This document shows, one piece after another, positions 44,761 to 52,154 of a stretch of DNA of 55,056 nucleotides. Each line of letters starts with the position of its first letter. Within the stretch, counting starts at the first letter, position 1. The translations under genes were made by a program, and so were the position numbers. The DNA is taken from the IMG/VR virus record IMGVR_UViG_3300030319_000065, positions 1-55,056 of that record; one strand, given 5' to 3'. Origin of the DNA: a virus. The notes beneath the pieces are model-generated. The model ran no database searches. It saw only the letters and a program-made list of their open reading frames with translations, and had not been told where the DNA came from.

Positions 44761-44813
44761 AAAAATAACAAACACCGTTGATAACAAAGGGGTAAATGTG
44801 AGATAATACATTC

Positions 44814-44966
44814 AGCGGCACAGCACAATAGAAGTATATATTACTTCTCCCGGGGTCAACTATAGGTAAGCTGTAAATACCTGGACTAGGGATAAGAGTC
44901 AGGAAAGCCAGCCTGAGCATATTGAATTAACATTTTTATGGATTCAGTATGCCCAGGCTCTTTTTT
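44814..44966 (+). ncRNA. Candidate ~150-nt sRNA; no family assigned
   Basis: Promoter TTGATA (44778-83) with 18-nt spacer and extended -10 TGaGATAAT (44799-44807). No start codon occurs before the terminator. A 19-bp-stem terminator 44910-44959 is followed by T6. Confidence 0.4.
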
Positions 44967-45020
44967 ATTTCTAAAGATATCGCCTTAAGGGCATTATAAG
45001 AAGATATTCAAAGTGCTGCA

Positions 45021-45070
45021 CCAGTGATGATGCTGGTTACAACGGAATAACAATCCAGTGACGATGCTGG
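45021..45070. promoter_or_regulatory. Two copies of a 16-nt dyad CCAGTGA(T/C)GATGCTGG, 34 bp centre to centre
   Basis: Read directly at 45021-36 and 45055-70, upstream of the antirepressor gene. Confidence 0.6.
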
Positions 45071-45085
45071 AAACTAATTGAACGG

Positions 45086-45125
45086 AGCAGAATCTATCAG
45101 ACGTGGTGGGTTCTGCTATTTCTTT
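45086..45125 (+). terminator. Attenuator-like hairpin upstream of the antirepressor RBS
   Basis: AGCAGAA...TTCTGCT stem followed by ATTTCTTT. Confidence 0.4.
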
Positions 45126-45171
45126 CCAAAACTATAGATGCAATTACAACAGTAAAGGAGGATATGTATAT

Positions 45172-45900
45172 ATGAATGAAATAAAGATTTTTAATAACAG
45201 TGAATTTGGAGAAATTAGAACGATAAAAGACAGTGTAAACAACGTGTGGTTTTGCGGAAACGATGTGTCAAAAGCACTAGGGTATGAGAGAACTGCAAAG
45301 GCAATTTCAGATCATGTAGATGATGAGGACAGACATGAAGTCCCAATTCGGGATTCCATCGGAAGAATGCAGAAGACAGCGTTTATAAACGAAAGCGGAC
45401 TGTACGCACTTGTGCTATCTAGTAAGTTACCAAGTGCAAGGAAGTTCAAACGCTGGGTTACTTCTGAGGTTCTGCCATCAATCCGGGAAAACGGGATCTA
45501 TGCAACAGATAATGTTATCGACGAGATTTTGAACAATCCGGACTTTGGAATTGAATTACTAACAAAGCTTAAAGAAGAACGACAGGCAAGAGTGGAAGCC
45601 GAACGAAAAAATGCTGTTCTGATGCATGTGAACAAGACTTATACAATGACGGAGATTGCAAAAGAACTTGGATTGAAGAGTGCTATTGAACTAAATAAAA
45701 TCCTTGCTGAAAAGAAAATCCAGTACAAAGTAAACGGTACGTGGGTTATGTATTCTCAGTACAGTAATCTTGGATATGAGGAAATCAAACAGGAAGTTTT
45801 AGACAGTGGAAGAGTAGTATACCACAGAAGAATCACTCAGCTTGGCAGAGCATTTATACTTGAAGTGATCGGAGAAAATTTTGAAAAGGAGTTAGCATGA
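45172..45900 (+). CDS. Antirepressor: Bro-N domain plus KilAC-like C-terminal domain
   Basis: ATG 10 nt after AAAGGAGG. FNNSEFGEIRTI...WFCGNDVSKALGY, INESGLYALVLSSKLPSARKFKRWVTSEVLPSIRENG. Confidence 0.8.
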   Translation: MNEIKIFNNSEFGEIRTIKDSVNNVWFCGNDVSKALGYERTAKAISDHVDDEDRHEVPIRDSIGRMQKTAFINESGLYALVLSSKLPSARKFKRWVTSEVLPSIRENGIYATDNVIDEILNNPDFGIELLTKLKEERQARVEAERKNAVLMHVNKTYTMTEIAKELGLKSAIELNKILAEKKIQYKVNGTWVMYSQYSNLGYEEIKQEVLDSGRVVYHRRITQLGRAFILEVIGENFEKELA

Positions 45901-46031
45901 TTTTACAGACTATAAGAATGATATTGAAAGTATCTTTTTTCGTTTACAATGGACTTCGATATATGAAAGAAAAAGATAAGGTCGAAAAAATGTTTTGTCT
46001 TTTATGGATGATTGTGTTTGCAGTAGTGTAA
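45897..46031 (+). CDS. 44-aa hydrophobic peptide
   Basis: ATGA coupling. A terminator (CCCCAC...GTGGGG plus T-run) follows at 46037-46074. Confidence 0.35.
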   Translation: MILQTIRMILKVSFFVYNGLRYMKEKDKVEKMFCLLWMIVFAVV

Positions 46032-46739
46032 AGAAACCCCCACCGGCTATTAGTCAGTGGGGAATTTATTTTTTAAAATTTTTTTCAAAATTCCGAAAAT
46101 TTGGCGCGTTTTTAGGGGATTTTTTTTGTCCTGAAAAATTTCCCCAAAAAAAGATGTCACCCTAAAAAATTATACAAAAAAATCTGGATCGCAAAAATCC
46201 ATGTCATTTAAGGTGCTGCCAGATATACGGCTCCCGTGATGGTCTGCCGTCTGGGTATAGTTTTCCCTTGGTATAGTCTGTTTTATCGTATCACAAACAA
46301 GCCTAAAAAGCTATGATTTTAAGCGGTTTTGTAATGCTTTTATAATGTTTTCAAGGTGCGCTTTTTAAACCTGCAAAAAAATGTTTACAAGTTCAGACGG
46401 GCGGACTTTTAGCCCTATTTTTTCTGTCGGTGTCAATCTGTCACCGTTTCGGGATCGCTTTTCGGTGGATCCGGTGCCGTGTGCGTTCTGTTTTTCTTCT
46501 GGACAGCACAAAGTACAGCAATGCCGGAACGATTATAAAGGCTTTTCCGGTCCCGTGCCTATTGGATTCTATCGAGATGCCGTCCGTTATGCTTTTTATG
46601 TTTAATCAGTCCGAAAGCATAAAAACAGACTAACCGCCATTTTTTACCGCTGACAGTTGCGGAACGTGCAAAAATGCGCGCTTTTTTAGATAGTATACTA
46701 TACTATCATTTTAACCCGTGAAGCATATAGCCACGGGAA

Positions 46740-46784
46740 AAGCCACCGGACGGAATCGAACCGTCACAAATGCACCAACGGCAG
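46740..46784 (-). other. tRNA 3'-half-like minihelix: canonical T-arm plus acceptor-like stem, with no D or anticodon arm
   Basis: The minus strand reads GCTGCCG-13nt-GACGG-TTCGATT-CCGTC-CGGTGGC-T. Confidence 0.5.
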
Positions 46785-46818
46785 CACAAAAAGCCGGAGA
46801 AAATCCCCAGCCCAAAAA

Positions 46819-47082
46819 TTAAATAATACAGAAATCGCCCTGCGTTCCGGTTGTCAGAATCATTTTCCCATCTTTACGACGGTAAACAACCCCGCACCCG
46901 TCCGCATACGTTGACCATACAAGCCAGCCTGGAAGCGTCAACGGCTTATTTGACTTGTAATCATAGAAAGCATACCGCGGTTGTACGCCTTCTTTTTCCT
47001 GTTCCTCAGCGTTTCTAATTGCTTCTGATTCCGTTATAATTTTAGTGTCGTTTTTCAAGTGTAAAATATATTCTTTTTCCAT
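46819..47082 (-). CDS. Hypothetical protein
   Basis: RBS GAGAGGT. 87 aa. Confidence 0.6.
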   Translation of the reverse strand: MEKEYILHLKNDTKIITESEAIRNAEEQEKEGVQPRYAFYDYKSNKPLTLPGWLVWSTYADGCGVVYRRKDGKMILTTGTQGDFCII

Positions 47083-47240
47083 GTTTTTACCTCTCTTTCT
47101 TTTCGGCTTGTCTCATCGGTTGCAAGGTTGCCACCCTACGCAAGACCGCCCACGCGGGGCGGTTTCGACTTTATAATATTATCCCCAGGAACAGGAGAAC
47201 CGGGAACAGGATCCCGAAAAAAACACCTATTTTTATATCA

Positions 47241-47633
47241 TTATTCATTTTCTGTCTCCTCTTCTTTTTCCGCTTCGAAATCGTCCCGGATATCGTCCAG
47301 AGCGTCAGATATTGCGTACCCTAAAACGTAACATCTTATTGTTACGTCCATAGCTTCCGCACCATTTTTTAATACGTCCGTTCCATCCTGTCCAAACGCT
47401 TCCAGAGCTTCCGCTAACAAGTCCCAATTGTGCGCTATCGCTTCTTCTGCTTCCCAAGCGTTGCAATAGTACGATCCGGAAGCGTTACCAGTTACACTGT
47501 CTTCAATCCATAAAGTATCATTAAGATACTGTTCTAATTCTTCCAGATCGTCAAAATCTGAAAATGTGATTTCTTCGTTTATGTAGTTTTTTACGTCCTC
47601 TTTTACTTCTTCATAATAATTATAGTTTTTCAT
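47241..47633 (-). CDS. Highly acidic hypothetical protein
   Basis: RBS AAGGAAAAAGGAA. 130 aa and rich in D/E. Confidence 0.6.
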   Translation of the reverse strand: MKNYNYYEEVKEDVKNYINEEITFSDFDDLEELEQYLNDTLWIEDSVTGNASGSYYCNAWEAEEAIAHNWDLLAEALEAFGQDGTDVLKNGAEAMDVTIRCYVLGYAISDALDDIRDDFEAEKEEETENE

Positions 47634-47751
47634 TTCCTTTTTCCTTTTGCCTATGCTATAATATAGGCACCTTTCTTTTTGATTGGTGCCGATCGGGTGT
47701 TATTGGTGTTCCGGTCGGCTTTATTTATTTGATGGTTTTATTATAATGGAT

Positions 47752-47852
47752 ATAATGCACTTATACAATAGGCAAAATAACCAAAATAATGCACTTATAT
47801 TTATGGAATTTGTATAATGCACTTATACTATTGACAATCTAATGCACTTATG
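47752..47852. promoter_or_regulatory. Four direct copies of the ATAATGCACTTATA operator-like motif plus a promoter (TTGACA 47831-36)
   Basis: Copies at 47752, 47786, 47814 and 47839. The last copy lies between the -35 and -10 elements. Confidence 0.65.
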
Positions 47853-47892
47853 ATAATATTAATTATAAATATAATGAAGCGGAGGAAAAACA

Positions 47893-48087
47893 ATGGAAGA
47901 ATTAAAGACCACGGAAGCACAAAGAAAAGCTGTGCGAGAGTATGAGAAAAAGAATGATCGTATTAATGTTATTTTTCCGGCGGGGACTCGAGACAAAATG
48001 GAGCGGCTAGGAATTGAAAAACCGGGTGCATTCATTAAAGAAGTTGTTGCAGCCGAACTAGAAAGAATGGAAAAATATAAAAAATAA
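47893..48087 (+). CDS. Arc/CopG-like ribbon-helix-helix repressor
   Basis: TEAQRKAVREYEKKNDRINVIFPAGTRDKMERLGIEKPGAFIKEVV. Confidence 0.55.
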   Translation: MEELKTTEAQRKAVREYEKKNDRINVIFPAGTRDKMERLGIEKPGAFIKEVVAAELERMEKYKK

Positions 48088-48132
48088 GTGCATTATACTA
48101 TTGACAATCTAATGCACTTATAGTATTATAAT
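48085..48132. promoter_or_regulatory. Second promoter, duplicated 29-bp block with the same operator motif
   Basis: TTATACTATTGACAATCTAATGCACTTAT is identical at 47823-51 and 48093-48121. An inverted motif copy lies at 48085-96. Confidence 0.6.
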
Positions 48133-48172
48133 ATTGTCGAAAGGCAATAGGCGAAAGCCGGAAAGGGGAAAT

Positions 48173-48328
48173 ATGAAAGAAATGGGAATGACAGACAAAC
48201 AGTTCAATGGCTTTATTAGATTCCTGATCGATGATCTGAAAGAAGCACAGGAAGAGAAAGACGCAGACAAGAAAAGCGAGCGAATCCAGAAGATCCTGGA
48301 CAACCTACAAAGCACGCTGGAAGACTAA
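48173..48328 (+). CDS. 51-aa hypothetical helical protein
   Basis: ATG after GGAAAGGGG. Confidence 0.5.
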   Translation: MKEMGMTDKQFNGFIRFLIDDLKEAQEEKDADKKSERIQKILDNLQSTLED

Positions 48329-48416
48329 ACACGGGGCGGGCAACCGCTCCAAACAAAACACTAAACCGGGGCGGATGCGTTCCGCCTCTGGTGATCAAAT
48401 CAGGAGGGGCGAAAAA

Positions 48417-48737
48417 ATGAAAAAGGAAAAGAAATACAAAGAATCTGAAAAATTTGAAATATTTTGTAATTACGGCGTTCTCAGCCGTGAGGGGAGAAAT
48501 GTATATACATACAATGCTGAGCATCCGTGGGCGACTTGCTCGGACTGTCTGCAAGTAAAAATGCCGGCGAATGACTGGTATAATATATTCGAGACTACAG
48601 CCGGGGTACTGGCTGTAGAGTCGTCGTGGGGCTGGATGTACAGCATAAACGACGTATTGCAGGGAGATGAGTACCCATGCTTTTTTGCCATTGACGCGGA
48701 CGGCAAAGGGCACCGAGTGAGACTTGAAGAAATATAG
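48417..48737 (+). CDS. Hypothetical protein
   Basis: ATG after CAGGAGGGG. 106 aa. Confidence 0.55.
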   Translation: MKKEKKYKESEKFEIFCNYGVLSREGRNVYTYNAEHPWATCSDCLQVKMPANDWYNIFETTAGVLAVESSWGWMYSINDVLQGDEYPCFFAIDADGKGHRVRLEEI

Positions 48738-48876
48738 GGCGGTCAAGAGATCGCTCTTTTTTTGCGCTTGCAAAGTTGGTACGTGTGTGATATGGTCATA
48801 TTAACGACGAACTCATAGGCGGAGAGCGAAAGCGAAAAACCGTACTTTGAAAACAGAAAACCAGAGCAGAAAATAA

Positions 48877-48918
48877 AGCAGACTAAACCGGAATTAATGC
48901 GGGGCGGTCTGCTTTTTG
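48877..48918 (+). terminator. Intrinsic terminator
   Basis: AGCAGAC...GTCTGCT stem followed by a T-run. Confidence 0.6.
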
Positions 48919-49199
48919 TGTGCGAAAAACAAAAGAAAAACGATTTCCCTTTAATATCCTAATATGAATTATATTGTATTATAATATACTCCGTCTATAG
49001 ATTCAGAGTTGATTACAGTTATTAATATAAATATATATAGTGAGCTGAATAAATAAATTTATAAATAAGCTGTTGCAAGTTTTTTCGAAGTGTGTTATAT
49101 TTCAATCAACGGAGCAGGGCGGAAAAGTAAGACCCTGACAGCGAGAGCCACCGGAGCAGCACCAACAGAACCCGGAAGAATGGCATAAAATGCAGGTAT

Positions 49200-49271
49200 C
49201 CGGCTTGTATATATGGACTTTATAAAGCTATAAAAGGCTTTAGAGTTTGTATATATGAGCCGGTTTTTTTT
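49200..49271 (+). terminator. Long-stem intrinsic terminator 29 nt upstream of terS
   Basis: CCGGCTTGTATATATGGACT... pairs with ...AGTTTGTATATATGAGCCGG, followed by T8. Confidence 0.75.
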
Positions 49272-49299
49272 ATTTATTAATCTATAAGGCGGTGAAGAT

Positions 49300-49956
49300 A
49301 TGACAGGAGAACAGCAGAAAACAACGGAACGGATCAAGGAACAGGCGGAAACATTTGAAGTATATTCTAATGACATAGAGCTATATATAAATCTTTTCTG
49401 CGAAGATCAGGGAATAGAGGACCTGAGGAAAGAAAGCCAAAGCGTCTGGAATGCCTGTCTGATGTATGTACAGCGTCATGTCTTTCCAGATCGACAAGCG
49501 TTAAAAGCTACGGAGAATAGTCCAGAATATGTAAATAATATAATGCCCTCTACATGTGGGGCATATAACTATGACTTATTAGATACAATCTGCAATGCAT
49601 ATATATATTATTGTTATATGTATGACAAAGAAGTATCTATTCAAGGGTTTAGTAAATTAACCAATATAGATTATTATACCATTACACAATGGGGCATGGA
49701 TATAAGACTAAGTAAAAAAAGCAAAGGCATTTATAAAAAACTTATATCAGAACGCGAAGAGTCTTTAAGTGCAAAATTAGCCAGTGGAAAGAGTAACCCC
49801 GTCGGTATTCTGTCGATCCTGAATCATTGGTATAGCTGGAATCTTCCGGGCGTAACGAGAGAGAAAAGCACACGAACAGCGCTAACCGCTGCCGAGTTGC
49901 CACGTCTGGACAGCCCAAAAGCCCCGGAAGCGTTGCCAGATACGGAAAAAGATTGA
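49300..49956 (+). CDS. terS: Terminase small subunit
   Basis: YYCYMYDKEVSIQGFSKLTNIDYYTITQW...ASGKSNPVGILSILNHWYSW is a typical terS core. Confidence 0.7.
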   Translation: MTGEQQKTTERIKEQAETFEVYSNDIELYINLFCEDQGIEDLRKESQSVWNACLMYVQRHVFPDRQALKATENSPEYVNNIMPSTCGAYNYDLLDTICNAYIYYCYMYDKEVSIQGFSKLTNIDYYTITQWGMDIRLSKKSKGIYKKLISEREESLSAKLASGKSNPVGILSILNHWYSWNLPGVTREKSTRTALTAAELPRLDSPKAPEALPDTEKD

Positions 49957-50207
49957 TATATTTTAATATCGGGCATAGCGTAAAGTAGAAAGATAAAATA
50001 CATCATTGACAACGTGGGAATATTAATCTAAACGGCGTAGATGTATTGGATAAATAAGTATTTCTTCCATAGATCTATTATCTACAGAACAACTGTTTGG
50101 ATTGACGGGAGGGGGTCTGGATGGAAAGCCAAAACACACCTACTAAGTCCCCCAAATATTCCCAAAAAGAAAAAGGGCATATAAAACCAACAAGAGGTAA
50201 ATAAAGA

Positions 50208-50582
50208 ATGGCAGATAGAGAGATACCTGGTGAAGTAAATATACTTGGAACTGAATACGGTATAGAGGTTCGTAGAATTAGTGAGAATCCAGACCTTAAG
50301 AACTATAATCGTAGTGCATATTGCGATAAGCTTTCAAAGCTAATAGTGATAGCTGATTTGAGCGAAAAGGAATACGTTGATATATCCACTGAACAGGAGA
50401 TTGATTACCAGAAAGAACTACTCAGGCATGAAATACTACACGCATTTCTGAATGAGAGTGGTTTATGGGATAACAGTTGTCAGCCAGAATGTGGATGGGC
50501 GATGAATGAAGAAATGATTGACTGGTTTTCGATACAGTCACCGAAGATTTTTAAAGCATATCAGGAAGTAGGTGCTTTGTGA
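50208..50582 (+). CDS. Small HExxH metallopeptidase-like protein
   Basis: Motif LLRHEILHAF. 124 aa. Confidence 0.5.
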   Translation: MADREIPGEVNILGTEYGIEVRRISENPDLKNYNRSAYCDKLSKLIVIADLSEKEYVDISTEQEIDYQKELLRHEILHAFLNESGLWDNSCQPECGWAMNEEMIDWFSIQSPKIFKAYQEVGAL

Positions 50583-50758
50583 TGGAAGATAGCAAATATT
50601 CAGATCTTGTTGAGATTATAAAGGACCGGAAGAAAGAACCACCTAAAGATATGCATTTTTTTCAACAGATTGGTTGGGTGAGTGGTTATAGCCAGTGCGA
50701 AAAGGACATACTGGCTATAATAAAAGGACTGGAAGGGGATATGAAAAATGACATTTGA
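50582..50758 (+). CDS. 58-aa hypothetical protein
   Basis: TGATG coupling. Read by hand. Confidence 0.4.
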   Translation: MEDSKYSDLVEIIKDRKKEPPKDMHFFQQIGWVSGYSQCEKDILAIIKGLEGDMKNDI

Positions 50759-51089
50759 TGAATACCAGAAAGAAGCAATGAGAACGGCAAGTGGTGTGAG
50801 TGCATCTTGTAGCGATAATCTTCTGATGAATGGTGCAATGGGACTTTGTGGCGAATCTGGTGAGTTTATGGACTTACTGAAAAAGAATGTATTCCAGGGA
50901 CATGAACTTGATAAAGAGCATATGGCAAAGGAACTAGGTGATATCTTATGGTACTTGGCAGTAGCAGCGGAAGGACTTGGTTATAAACTTTCGGACGTTG
51001 CGGAAATGAATAAAGCTAAATTGAGGGCCAGATATCCAGAAGGGTTTGATTCTGAAAAATCCCAAAAAAGAAAAAAGGGTGATCTGTAA
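50748..51089 (+). CDS. mazG: MazG-like nucleotide pyrophosphohydrolase
   Basis: FDEYQKEAMRTA...GLCGESGEFMDLLKK...ELGDILWYLA. Confidence 0.75.
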   Translation: MTFDEYQKEAMRTASGVSASCSDNLLMNGAMGLCGESGEFMDLLKKNVFQGHELDKEHMAKELGDILWYLAVAAEGLGYKLSDVAEMNKAKLRARYPEGFDSEKSQKRKKGDL

Positions 51090-51268
51090 TGAGGATTTGC
51101 GGTAAAGAGATTCGGGATGAATGTCAGCATTGTGGACAGATTCTTGATTGCGAATTATTCCGGCAAGGGCACGGAATTAATCAAGACAGATGCAACATAC
51201 CGAAGATGTATGATTGTCAAATGAAGCATCGGGAGGAACGTGAAAATGCGAATAGTATCACAGGATAA
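51089..51268 (+). CDS. 59-aa Cys-rich hypothetical protein
   Basis: TAATG coupling. Read by hand. Confidence 0.35.
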   Translation: MRICGKEIRDECQHCGQILDCELFRQGHGINQDRCNIPKMYDCQMKHREERENANSITG

Positions 51269-51473
51269 GAATTTGTCATTTGAGTTTGAAAACACTCCAA
51301 TATGGACGCAATACAAAGCTATTTATGCAATGATTGGTAACAACGATAAACTAATCGGTAAGTATGATAGCGAAAAAGAAGCAGAGAACGTATTTGAGGA
51401 TATTCATAAAGCTTATGGAAAAATCTATACGAACATCGAATACCTTAAGGATATGACGTATTACATGCCATAA
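51246..51473 (+). CDS. Hypothetical protein
   Basis: ATG 9 nt after GGGAGG. Confidence 0.5.
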   Translation: MRIVSQDKNLSFEFENTPIWTQYKAIYAMIGNNDKLIGKYDSEKEAENVFEDIHKAYGKIYTNIEYLKDMTYYMP

Positions 51474-51735
51474 AGTAGCTTATTCAAATTTGGAGATAAA
51501 TGCGAATGAGAAAAAAGAGTACCCGTCGTGTGGGAAAGGAATATGTATCAGAGAAATCGAGGCATCCCACTTAACAATGTGAATGTGATGATTTTACTGT
51601 AGGATTTAGACTCTCTTAACTGTAAAACACATTTAAACACTGGATAAAATACGAATAAAAAACTAAATATTGAAAAAGCTTTGTAAAAAATGTTGTGCGA
51701 TGTGGTGGTTTCTCGCAATAGCCACCACATATTAA

Positions 51736-51831
51736 AGCAGATTGGTGAAATGGTATCACAAAAGTCTCTATCCTACCCCTACTCCGCATATGATGAGACT
51801 TAAATTATGGGTTCAATTCCCGTGTCTGCTA
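51736..51831 (+). ncRNA. tRNA-like element with canonical acceptor, D and T arms but a 7-bp stem and 26-nt loop in place of the anticodon arm
   Basis: Hand fold: AGCAGAT/GTCTGCT acceptor, GTGA-aatggta-TCAC D arm, AAGTCTC...GAGACTT stem, AAATT, and ATGGG-TTCAATT-CCCGT T arm. Confidence 0.5.
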
Positions 51832-51870
51832 TTCGGCGTAGATTATATCTTTTTTCATAATTTGCTCCTA

Positions 51871-51920
51871 CCCTACTGGCGATGCCGATAAGGACAGTCA
51901 AATGTCCGGTAGGGTTTTGT
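51871..51920 (+). terminator. Hairpin and T-run downstream of the tRNA-like element
   Basis: CCCTACTGG (51871-79) pairs with CCGGTAGGG (51906-14), followed by TTTT. Confidence 0.5.
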
Positions 51921-52082
51921 GAAAATCAAACTGTGCTTTCTACACATCCGTTATAGTCGGACTAATCATACTTTATTTCCTTTCAAGTGATAGTCAGAAA
52001 AGACTTAAAAATCACATCCAATTACCCTTACAGTTCTGTGTGCGTTATGTCCTCACAAGTCCTAGCGTACACAGGACAACAA

Positions 52083-52154
52083 TGGAGATTAATTCAGTGG
52101 CAGAAGAGACGGCTTATATCCGGCTTGGCGCGGGTTCGATTCCTGCATCTCCAA
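52083..52154 (+). tRNA. tRNA with anticodon UAU (Ile, AUA-reading)
   Basis: Hand fold to a 72-nt cloverleaf. Features are U8, A14, G18G19, T-loop TTCGATT and anticodon loop CTTATAT. There is one mismatch in each of the D and anticodon stems. Confidence 0.7.

Noticed and set aside
46381-46633. The two overlapping + ORFs (74 and 67 aa) in the GC-rich gap.
   Set aside because: They overlap each other and have no Shine-Dalgarno sequence. Their composition (CAFCFSSGQHK, RVRSVFLLDS) does not look protein-like. The region is treated as non-coding.
51769-51794. The 26-nt insertion in the tRNA-like element as a group I intron or archaeal-type BHB intron.
   Set aside because: It is far too short for a group I intron. 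I could not draw a bulge-helix-bulge, or obtain a sensible 7-nt anticodon loop (U33, purine 37), after removing any contiguous segment.
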